Under the pieces are notes generated by a model. The model did no database searches. It had not been told where the DNA came from and worked only from the letters and a program-made list of their open reading frames with translations. From Haliotis rubra (lineage: Eukaryota), in the NCBI RefSeq assembly GCF_003918875.1, contig NW_025766625.1, forward strand, positions 62,001 to 126,000: 64,000 nucleotides of DNA. The letters are read 5' to 3'. The position numbers were made by a program, and so were the translations under genes. Below are positions 27,501-39,500 of this stretch, piece by piece. The stretch's first letter is position 1, and every line of letters begins with the position of its first letter.

Positions 27501-30500
27501 CTGAAACTCTGTAATTTGTGCAATAATTAAATACCATGATATGCATATCATTATTTGAGTCAGCAGACTAAGATTTTAAATGTTTGGATCACTTACTAGA
27601 ACAGTCAAATAACTTAAGCCTAGTCCCTCTTGAAAGTGCACTAAGTAAAGCGAGTCTTATGAAGGAGGAAGCCTGTCCGTATTGAGGAATATCGGCTGTG
27701 CAGAGCTCTATTCCTTGGGCACTCCAGACACTTACAATTGTGGGTTTGAATCACAGCGCACCCAGATTTTTTTTCTATGTTTGTGAGCACCATGTTTGTT
27801 GATTTCACCAAAGTAGGAAACACTGACATCACTTCAGGCTTCCCTCCCAAATCAGACAGACACGCCATGGTATAACCCAAGTACCTGTCAATGCAGCATT
27901 AAACCCAACTCACATATAGAAACCCCAGGTTAATTCCCCTAATGGGTGCCATTTGTCTTACCCATTTGAGGAGTATAAAGTTTAAATTACAAGTATATTT
28001 ATCAGTTGTTTAGACTAACATTCACACTTTTATGAGACACTGAATCAAGATAAGTATCAACTAAGTCCCTGTGTGGTACTCTTGGTCAGTTTTGAAATAC
28101 TAGTAAATGAATCACTTGTTTGTTCATGTAAGCACTCACCGTCCATCTGTGCATCTGTTCATGCATTCATTCACTCATTTTGTAAGTAGACCTAACTGAC
28201 CATCCTCTGTGTACAGGGCTCTTCCCCCAAGGGTCATAAGCTGTTAGGCTGCAAGGATTCTGTGAGTGCTGGTGAGGCTGTGCTGGTTCCGTGTCAGTCC
28301 CCCAACCACTCCGGCAGCCGCCCCAGCACCAGCGCCACCAGCTCCAACTTCCAGATTTCCACCTCCAGCTACGAGTCCAGCGACAGCATTACAGGTAGGG
28401 ATGTCATTGTTGGCCAGGACTATGATAATAGGGCCACTAATATAGTGCTGAAGTCCACACCACATGGGCATACTCTAAGTGCATACAGATAAACAGATTA
28501 GCAATAGGCAGCAATTAAGTGAGTGAGTGAGTGAGTTTAGTTTTACGCTTCACTCAGCAATATTCCAGCTATATGGCGGCGGTCTGTAAATAATCAAGTC
28601 TGGACCAGACAATCCAGTGATCAACAGCATGAGTATCAATCCGCGAAATTGGGAACCGATGACATGTGTCAACCAAGTCAGCGAGCCTGACCACCCGGGC
28701 AGCAATTAAGGAACAGATGGGTCTTTAGACTAGGAAGGAAGGTGCACATCCAAGCTGAAGGGAGGAGAGATCCATACCACATCAACAGTGTTTGAAGGAT
28801 CTATTCATTTCCTTGTGGATGTACATTAATTAAAAGTTACTCAAAACCCTCTACACCTAATTCATTGTCAAATCATTCAGAGATGTCTCTTGGATTGATC
28901 TGCTTCAGATTCAGCCGACAACAGCACGCCTCACCCTCGTGATGGTGCCATGAACAAGCCGCAGTCTGGGTCGGACACTAACTGCCGAATCAATGCTGGA
29001 CTGGCTACACGATCACTGGGGTCGGCCATGTTCCCTGATGAAGATACTGAGGAAGGAATATTCCACATGGAGGTCCTGTTTGCTGTGCAGAGATGGTTCT
29101 CCTCCATGGGCTGGCCAGGGGGACCCTTTCCCATCACCATTCCAGAGTCTCTCCGAGTGTAAGTAGAAACCAATACCAGTCTCTCCCAGTGTAGGTACAT
29201 CACCATACCAGAGTCTCTCCCAGTGTAGGTACATCACCATACCAGAGTCTCTCCGAGTGTAAGAAGAAACCAATACCAGAGTCTCTCCCAGTGTAGGTAC
29301 ATCACCATACCAGAGTCTCTCCCAGTGTAGGCACATCACCATACCAGAGTCTCTCCCAGTGTAGGTACATCACCATACCAGAGTCTCTCCCAGTGTAGCT
29401 ACATCAGCATACTAGAGTCTCTCCCAGTGTAGGCACATCACCATACCAGAGTCTCTCCCAGTGTAGGCACATCACCATACCAGAGTCTCTCCCAGTGTAG
29501 GTACATCACCATACTAGAGTCTCTCCCAGTGTAGGTACATCACCATACCAGAGTCTCTCCCAGTGTAGGTACATCACCATACCAGAGTCTCTCCCAGTGT
29601 AGGCACATCACCATACCAGAGTCTCTCCCAGTGTAGGCACATCACCATTCCAGAGTCTCTCCCAGTGTAGGCACATCACCATTCCAGAGTCTCTCCAAGT
29701 GTAGGCACATCACCATACCAGAGTCTCTCCCAGTGTAGGTACATCACCATACCAGAGTCTCTCCCAGTGTAAGTATCAACCAATACCAGTCTCTCCCAGT
29801 GTAGGCACATCACCATACCAGAGTCTCTCCCAGTGTAGGTACATCACCATACCAGAGTCTCTCCCAGTGTAAGTATCAACCAATACCAGTCTCTCCCAGT
29901 GTAGGCACATCACCATACCAGAGTCTCTCCCAGTGTAGGCACATCACCATACCAGAGTCTCTCCCAGTGTAGGTACATCACCATACTAGAGTCTCTCCCA
30001 GTGTAGGTACATCACTATACCAGAGTCTTTCCCTCTGTAGCTACATCACCATAGTCGAGTCTCTCCCAGTGTAGGTACATCACCATACCAGAGTCTCTCC
30101 CAGTGTAGGTACATCAGCATACCAGAGTCTCTCCCAGTGTAGGCACATCACCATACCAGAGTCTCTCCCAGTGTAGGCAGATCACCATACCAGAGTCTCT
30201 CCCAGTGTAGGTACATCTCAATACTGGAGTCTCTCCCAGTGTAGGCACATCACCATACCAGAGTCTCTCCCAGTGTAGGCACATCACCATACCAGTCTCT
30301 CCCAGTGTAGGCACATCACCATACCAGTGTCTCTCCCAGTGTAGCTACATCACCATACCAGAGTCTCTCCCAGTGTAGGCACATCACCATACCAGAGTCT
30401 CTCCCAGTGTAGGTACATCAACATACCAGAGTCTCTCCGAGTGTAAGTAGAAACCAATACCAGTCTCTCCCAGTGTAGGCACATCACCATACCAGAGTCT

Positions 30501-33500
30501 CTCCCAGTGTAGGCACATCACCATACTAGAGTCTCTCCCAGTGTAGGCACATCACCATACCAGAGTCTCTCCCAGGTAGGCACATCACCATTCCAGAGTC
30601 TCTCCCAGTGTAGGCACATCACCATTCCAGAGTCTCTCCAAGTGTAGGCACATCACCATACCAGAGTCTCTCCCAGTGTAGGTACATCACCATACCAGAG
30701 TCTCTCCCAGTGTAAGTATCAACCAATACCAGTCTCTCCCGGTGTAGGCACATCACCATACCAGAGTCTCTCCCAGTGTAGGTACATCACCATACCAGAG
30801 TGTCTCCCAGTGTAAGTTGAAACCAATACCAGCCTCTCCCAGTGTAGGCACATCACCATTCCAGAGTCTCTCCAAGTGTAGGCACATCACCATACCAGAG
30901 TCTCTCCCAGTGTAGGTACATCACCATACCAGAGTCTCTCCCAGTGTAAGTATCAACCAATACCAGTCTCTCCCAGTGTAGGCACATCACCATACCAGAG
31001 TCTCTCCCAGTGTAGGTACATCACCATACCAGAGTCTCTCCCAGTGTAAGTATCAACCACCATACCAGAGTCTCCCAGTGTAGGCACATCACCATACCAG
31101 AGTCTCTCCCAGTGTAGGCACATCACCATACCAGAGTCTCTCCCAGTGTAGGTACATCACCATACAGAGTCTCTCCCAGTGTAGGTACATCACTATACCA
31201 GAGTCTTTCCCCTGTGTACATCACCATAGTCAGAGTCTCCCAGTGTAGGTACATCACCATACCAGAGTCTCTCCCAGTGTAGGTACATCAGCATACCAGA
31301 GTCTCTCCCAGTGTAGGCACATCACCATACCAGAGTCTCTCCCAGTGTAGGCAGATCACCATACCAGAGTCTCTCCCAGTGTAGGTACATCTCAATACTG
31401 GAGTCTCTCCCAGTGTAGGCACATCACCATACCAGAGTCTCTCCCAGTGTAGGCACATCACCATACCAGTGTAGGCACATCACCATACCAGAGTCTCTCC
31501 CAGTGTAGGCACATCACCATACCAGAGTCTCTCCCAGTGTAGGTACATCAGCATACCAGAGTCTCTCCCAGTGTAGGAACATCACCATACCAGAGTCTCT
31601 CCCAGTGTAGGTACATCACCATACCAGAGTCTCTCCCAGTGTAGGTACATCAGCATACCAGAGTCTCTCCCAGTGTAGGTACATCAGCATACCAGAGTCT
31701 CTCCCAGTTTAGGAACATCAGCATACCAGAGTCTCTCCCAGTGTAGCTACATCACCATACCAGAGTCTCTCCCAGTGTAGGTACATCACCATACCAGAGT
31801 CTCTCCCAGTGTAGCTACATCACCATACCAGAGTCTCTCCCAGTGTAGGCACATCACCATACCAGTTTAGGAACATCAGCATACCAGAGTCTCTCCCAGT
31901 GTAGGTACATCAGCATACCAGTGTCTCTCCCAGTGTAGCTACATCACCATACCAGAGTCTCTCCCAGTGTAGGTACATCACCATACCAGAGTCTCTCCCA
32001 GTGTAGGTACATCAGCATACCAGAGTCTCTCCCAGTGTAGGCAGATCACCATACCAGAGTCTCTCCCAGTTTAGGAACATCAGCATACCAGAGTCTCTCC
32101 CAGTGTAGGTACGTCACCATACTTGAGTCTCTCCCAGTGTAGGTACATCACCATACCAGAGTCTCTCCCAGTGTAGGAACATCACCATACCAGAATGTCT
32201 CCCAGTGTAGTTACATCACCATACTAGAGTCTCTCCCAGTGTAGGCAGATCACCATACCAGAATGTCTCCCAGTGTAGTTACATCACCATACCAGAGTCT
32301 CTCCCAGTGTAGGTACATCAGCATACCAGAGTCTCCCAGTGTAGCTACATCACCATACCAGAGTCTCTCCCAGTGTAGGAACATCACCATACTAGAGTCT
32401 CTCCCGGTGTAGGAACATCACCATACCAGAGTCTCCCAGTGTAGCTACATCACCATACACAATATCAATCTGTCCCAGTGTTAGACCATCACAATGTTAT
32501 GTTTTAGTGTTTGTTGATTTGTTTCAGGGATGACCGGCCACGCTCCGTGTAAGTGAAGGATCTAGAGTCTATATGATGTAGCTGACAGACTGTATAACAT
32601 CAGTAGTTGTTCCTAACTCAGGGAAACATGTAGATTCACTCACTGCTTCAGATATATATCAATTATAACACTAACTGGCTATATATATTGTGCTATATAC
32701 CCACCTTACAGGGGCTTGCTCAAAGCGCTGCACTTATATTACGCCAGTCAATAAATCATTGTACACTGGATTCCATTCTCAAACTCCCTAGGGAGTATAT
32801 ATAATCAAAGCTTCCTGTGAAGCACTAAAGGGTTAACAGCACCCATGATCATGTCCATCCAATCATGAGTATAGTGATAATATTACTGTGCATTTAAACA
32901 GATATGTGTACCGGAGGAACATGACTTCCACCTGTGTTAACATTATTTCATGTACTATCCATATGGTGAAACATAACCAGTGTCATATATATCATATTAG
33001 CACATGTGCAAATAACACTTCGCCTAGCAACCATTGTTTCTGTATTAAGTTGTCTGTGATGTCATTAAACAATTGAACGTGACATCAATGAACAGGGCAG
33101 TCACACTTGCTTACCATGTTTTACTGCACAAATGTACATGAATAAAATGGATACTAAAGAAATTATTACACTCGCAAGTGTGCCACACGACTTATACGAA
33201 ACTCGGGCAATACAAAATTTCACACTCGTTTCGTAAACGCCGTATGACATACTTGCTCCTGTAATAATTTCTATTTATGAATCAATTTTAAATCAGTATG
33301 CCACAGTATGTGCACTATATCTGCACATGCTGTCATATTTAGCATGCATCCAATTACTGACAAACTTCAACTAATTAGCAAAGACCTATAATTAGTGATT
33401 CTGTAGATATATTTTCTTCTTTCCTTTCATCTGACCAATCTGAGCATCTCTCATCAAGAAAGCATACTTAGGAATGTGTTCCCTAATCATGCAGCCTTGA

Positions 33501-36500
33501 AGTGGTTAACACAGGAAACCACAGTTACAGGCTGCATGACTGTACTTCATCATCAACCATGAATCCACATGGGTACAATGTGTGAAGCCCATTTCTGGTG
33601 TCCCCCGCCGTGATGTTGCTGGAATATTGCTAAAAGCGGCGTAAAACCAAACTCAGTCAGTCAGTCAGTCATCATCAACCATCTCTCACTTAAATGGTCT
33701 GAACATTTAAACAAAAGTGACTAGCTTCTATAGTGCCTGACAAACTTGACTATCTGTTAGACATTCCAAACTGTTCATTTTTAAAACTTTGACTAGAGAA
33801 CATGTAGAGACAATATAATATATGGAATGGAAGTAACCAGTAGCAAGTACAAGAGCAAGGTTGAGAAAGCTGCTATCAGAGTGGCTAATGTCCTCTGTTC
33901 ATCAGTTTACTGGCTCATCAATGTTCAAGAAAAGTTGTTCTTACATTACCAGCAATGGATGTACGCAGACCTTTGTTTAGTGGGAGCGATAACTAAGATA
34001 TGATTTTAATAAAATTGGTCCAGCATTTTGCTCTGTGATAGATAGGAAGGAATCTTTAGCTTGAATGATAGACTTTACAACTAGAAGTGATGGCAGCAAT
34101 GAACAGATTTCTTCATGAAGGACATGTGGAATGTTTTGAACATATTTTTCTGAGAATTACATGCATGATATGAAATATGTGTTGAACAATTTCTCCATGA
34201 AATACATGTGGTATGTACTGTACCATTTCTCCAGGGTTTAAATGTGGTATGCGCTCCACAAATGACATGTACTATATTTCAAACTGTTACCCGTGAAAGT
34301 CTGGGTTAGAATATTGATCTTCAGTAACCCATGCTTGTCGTAAGAGGCGACTAATGGGATCGGGTGGTCAGGCTCGCTGACTTGGTTGACACATGTCATC
34401 GGTTCCCAATTGAGCAGGTCGATGCTCATGCTGTTGATCACTGGATTGTGTGGTCCAGACTCAATTATTTACAGACAACTTCCATATAGCTGGAATATTG
34501 CTGAGTGCGACATAAAACTAAACTCACTCACTCACTCACTTCTCCAGGAATAACATGTAGTACAGTTTATATATTGTTTATACAATACTTGTCTGTGTAT
34601 CATTGTCCAGGTGTCAGTGATGACACACACACTCTGAGCTGAACATCAGTTTGATCAGTGATTACACAGTATGTACAGAATCTCTGTATGTTGTAGGGGT
34701 ATCACCCGTAAGCCAGCGGAGGAAGAGCGTGGCAAGGGGCCAAAGTCTGGAGGCTGGGACACCAACAACCTCAAAAAAGACTTTAAGACCATCTATGACA
34801 TGATCAGTCATCTGAGTGGACGCCCTGTCCCTGGCATCCCCCTCAACTCCTCCCTCCCCGCAGACCCACTAGAGAGAGTCAAGCAGATCTACTGGCAGCA
34901 CTCAACCCTTCTCACCTTCCTCAGGTAATTCATTTCCTGGTGTAATCTACAAGTTCATTTCCCCAGGTAAGGTTTTGTTGAATTGACCTGTTCACTTATC
35001 AAGTTAAGTTGTTATTGAATCAACTTGTTTACTTTCTCAGGTAAGGTATTAATAAATTGACCTGTTTCACTTTCTCAGCTAAGTCATAGTTGAATCAAAC
35101 TGTCCACTTTCTCAGGTATGTCATTGGTGAATTGACCTGTTCACATTCTCAGGTAAGTCATTGGTGAATCAACCTGTTTACTTTCTCAGGTAAGTAATTG
35201 GTGAATCAACCTGTTTACTTTCTCAGGTAAGTCATTGGTGAATCAACATGTTAACTTTCTCAGGTAAGTCATTGGTGAATCAACCTGTTCACTTTCTCAG
35301 GTAAGTCATTGGTGAATTGACCTGTTCACTTTCTCAGGTAAGTCATTGGTGAATCAACCTGTTCACTTTCTCAGGTAAGTCATTGGTGAAACGACCTGTT
35401 CACTTTCTCAGGTAAGTCATTGGTGAATCAACCTGTTCACTTTCTCAGGTAAGTCATTGGTGAATCAACCTGTTCACATTCTCAGGTAAGTCATTGGTGA
35501 ATCAACCTGTTCACTTTCTCAGCTGATTCAGACCAAGTTATTTCTTGTTTATTAGATGTTTGTGTTGGTTTGTGCAGGTGTCAGGGAGCCTGTGTGGCTG
35601 CAATCAGGCCGGAGCATCTGATGGAGCCACGTGACTACAGTCTGTGGAAACGTCTTCAGCAGCAGCTCCAGATGGAGCTGGTGAACCAGGGTATGACTGA
35701 GGAGGCTGGTCGTATCCATGACGATGAGGAAGAGCTGGAGGAGGAGGTGTTTGAAGCTGTGTCCAAGAGAGCATGGACGGATATACTGCTTCAGATATAC
35801 AAGGTGAGACAGAGGTGGCACAGCAGGTACACATTGTCTTACAGGCCTGTAATATTCAATGACAAATTAGAATAATTACTATAATATGGTCCCATGTCAC
35901 AATGGTGTGCATGTACAGTGATTACAAGGGTGCAGAGACCTGCCAGTATTGGGCCTACTTTATAAATGTGTCTACTCCTTGTGCCTTCCTTATCTCCAAC
36001 ACTGAGAAGTGCTGATATACACTAGGGGTCTGGACAAGATGGGGACAGGCTGGGGAAGATCTTCATGACGTAGATCCATATGACACTCATCTTTCATTTG
36101 CAGTCTCTGGTCCTGGCAAAGATTACACCTCGCACACTGAAGACCATGGCGTCTCCTGACCGCCATGTGACCCTACCAAGTATCAACCCTGACCCTCTGT
36201 CCAGCAACATCTACTGTGTGTCTGAGCGGATAGTCTTGTCCTGGCTGAACCACCATTTTGAACACTATCGGCATTCAGTGTGGGAAAACTGTCCTAATGG
36301 TATGTCAGTCCGTAAGCGTGGGGGACCTGAAATATGAACAAAATGTATCTGGTTACATTTGATCATAATTTTGAGTCACACAAAGTTATTGAATAAATAT
36401 GTTTCATGTTGTTTCTCTCAATTTTGTTTTCCTTCATTCAAAGGTGGGGTCCCATCCTCAAGATGGATAGTCAACTATGACTTTGACCTTCTGGATGGCC

Positions 36501-39500
36501 TGGTGTTTGGTGCAGTGTTGGGAGCTCACATGCCCTTCCTGGTGAGTGTACAGTGTTGAGAGCTCACATGCCCTTCCTGGTAAATATGTGCAGTGTTGGG
36601 AGCTCTCATGCCTGTTTTCTCCCAAACATGCAATTGTTGACATGAGCAAAGTCTAATCATGTGTTTTAATCTTCCTGCTACAGGAAATCATTCTGAATGT
36701 CCTGTGTTCTAGTGTTTGTCATGGAAATTTATGTTTCAGTGTTGGCAATTATTCTGTATGTCTTCTGGGTTTTTTTGTGTGTTTTTTTCGCGGAATGTTC
36801 CATGGTGTCTGGTGTATGTTCTAGTTTTTGTCATTGAACATTCCAATGTACCGTCTGAATGTCTGGTGTTTGTGATGAGTGAGTGAGTGATTATGGTTTT
36901 TCACAACTTTTAGCAATTTTCCAGCAATATCACAGTTAGGGACACCAGAATGGGCTTCACACACTGTACCCATGTGGGGAATCAAACCCGGATCTTCAGC
37001 ATGATGAGCAGACACTTTAACCATTAGGCTACCCGACGCCTCTGTTTGTCATGACCTGGTGTGTGTAGTGGAATGTTGGACAGTATCTGCTGAATGTCAT
37101 GCATGCTGGTGTTTGTCATGACCTACTGAATGTCATGCATGCTAGTGTTTGTCATGACCTACAGAATGTTTTGCATGCTGGTGTTTGTCATGACCTACTG
37201 AATGTTTTGCATGCTGGTGTTTGTCATGACCTACTGAATGTCATGCATGCTGGTGTTTGTCATGACCTACTGAATGTCATGCATGCTGGTGTTTGTCATG
37301 ACCTACTGAATGTTTTGCATGCTGGTGTTTGTCATGACCTACTGAATGTTTTGCATGCTGGTGTTTGTCATGACCTACTGAATGTCATGCATGCTGGTGT
37401 TTGTCATGACCTACTGAATGTCATGCATGCTGGTGTTTGTCATGACCTACTGAATGTTTTGCATGCTGCTGTTTGTCATGACCTACTGAATGTCATGCAT
37501 GCTGGTCTTTGTCATGACCTACTGAATGCTTTGCATGCTGGTGTTTGTCATGACCTACTGAATGTCATGCATGCTGGTGTTTGTCATGACCTACTGAATG
37601 TTTGTGTTGCAGATTGCGAGCCACCTAAAGGACATGTACACCCATCCAACCAATGCTGAGCAGTGCCTGCACAATGCCCTCAAGGTCGTGTCTGCCATGA
37701 GATATGCGGGGATTGACTATGATATACAGGTGAGGGGACCTCTACACATACTATATGTTTTGTTTCATCAGCAAGATCTTTCAAAACTGAGCCCCATTTG
37801 ATCATGATTCTACCTCTGACTCTACTTTGATTCTTGTAAATTAACAATACTTACTTCTCAGGCTGCTTATTTAAACATTAACACAACAAAAACTGTAAAC
37901 AACAAAATAAAACAACTGCCATTGTTCAGAGCAATAACGCAACTCGCGCAGTCCCCTTCAGTCATCCACCAGTCAGGAAACAGTTGTCTACCAGTGGGCC
38001 ATGGCCTTATTCTCTTTAGATTTATTTGACCATACATGCAAAAATATTTCAAACTATTACTTTATCAAGTGCGATGAAATCACCTGTAATATATTTATAT
38101 AAATATCAGTGTAACAGTTAGTATCCAGAGTTTTTGTTAGATTAATGGAGGTTTTTTGACGAACTGGGTTTCACTGTATAAAAGGGTAGCATTCTCATGA
38201 TGCAGAGGTATATAGACTATTGAAAACATATTCACAAACTATCATAGATAACTTCATTCTCCTGAAGGTTTTGTATGGGCAGATCGTTTCATGCTTCTCT
38301 GCTGTTTCCAGGCCATCGACATCACCGACCCGAACCCCATCTCCCTGCTCCTACTCAGTGTTCACCTGTACCAGCACCTACCTCAGTACCTCCCCAAGTC
38401 TACTGTCGACTTCACTGGCAGTCTACACGACACAGTCGCCAGACAGGTAAACATTGGGCCATAGTGTGTGCCAGCTGTTGGTTGTAGCAGTGAAGACAGG
38501 ATGGTCTATTTAATAGACTTATTTAAAATGTTGATTATGTTGGAGATATTGTCAAAGGAGCTACCTGTTTTGTGAACAACTGGTAATGATAATGTTGCTG
38601 TTTGAGGTTCGTCTTTGTCTTTTATTACCACAGCGCTAAGCAATAGTTGGCTATATGTCGACAGTCTGGGAATAATCAACAGTCAAGTAATTCACATAAT
38701 GAACTTTGATTTCTGTAATTGGGATTTCATGACATGCATCAACCAGATCACTTAACCAGGGCCTCCTTTCACAAAGCACTAAGGTGATCGTAAGTCACTA
38801 AGGTAACCTTAGTGCAGTGTTAAAGAATGGGAGTTAAGGTTAACCTTAGTAAAGGTTGCTTCGTGAAAGGATCCCCTGACCATGCAATCTTACAGTCACT
38901 AAGGTAACGTTAGTGCAGTGTTAAAGAAAGGCAGTTAAGGTTAACCTTAGTAAAGGTTGCTTCGTGAAAGGATCCCCTGACCATGCAATCTTACAGGTGC
39001 TTCCTTCAAAAACCATGGGCTGCTGAAGTCCAATTCTAACCCAAGTTCGTCAACTACAGTTGTTGAACAAACAGAAGATGGTTTGTGACTTAAGTTGATA
39101 GACAAGTAATCATTGTAAATCTAACAGAGTGCAAGGGGACTGCTTGGTAGTGAGTGAAATTTAGAATTATGATAATCAGTGTTTAGTTTGTACAATAAGG
39201 ACATTTAGAATGAACGTATTTTATTTCCACCTAGATTAAATTCATTCATCAAAACATGTAAAGTTTTCTAATTTTAAAATTCAAGGGTCTGCATAGCTTT
39301 GAAGGGAGCTACTAAATGAGCAGATTTGTTAGTGCTAGCATGTGACTGTAGGTGACCTTACCCTCTCTATGTTCAGGTGAAGTTGAGCAATCCCAGTGGT
39401 AAGCCGTTGGTGTACCAAGTACTGGTGGCAGGAAGAGATGCCCGGAACTTCCGTATCCCAAAGGGGGATGTCATCACAGTCCCGGCCCGCAGCACGTTCC

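Noticed and set aside
29132-35522. CRISPR-like appearance of the 34-37-bp periodic arrays
   Set aside because: Units are contiguous with no unique spacers, there are no cas genes, and the DNA is eukaryotic.
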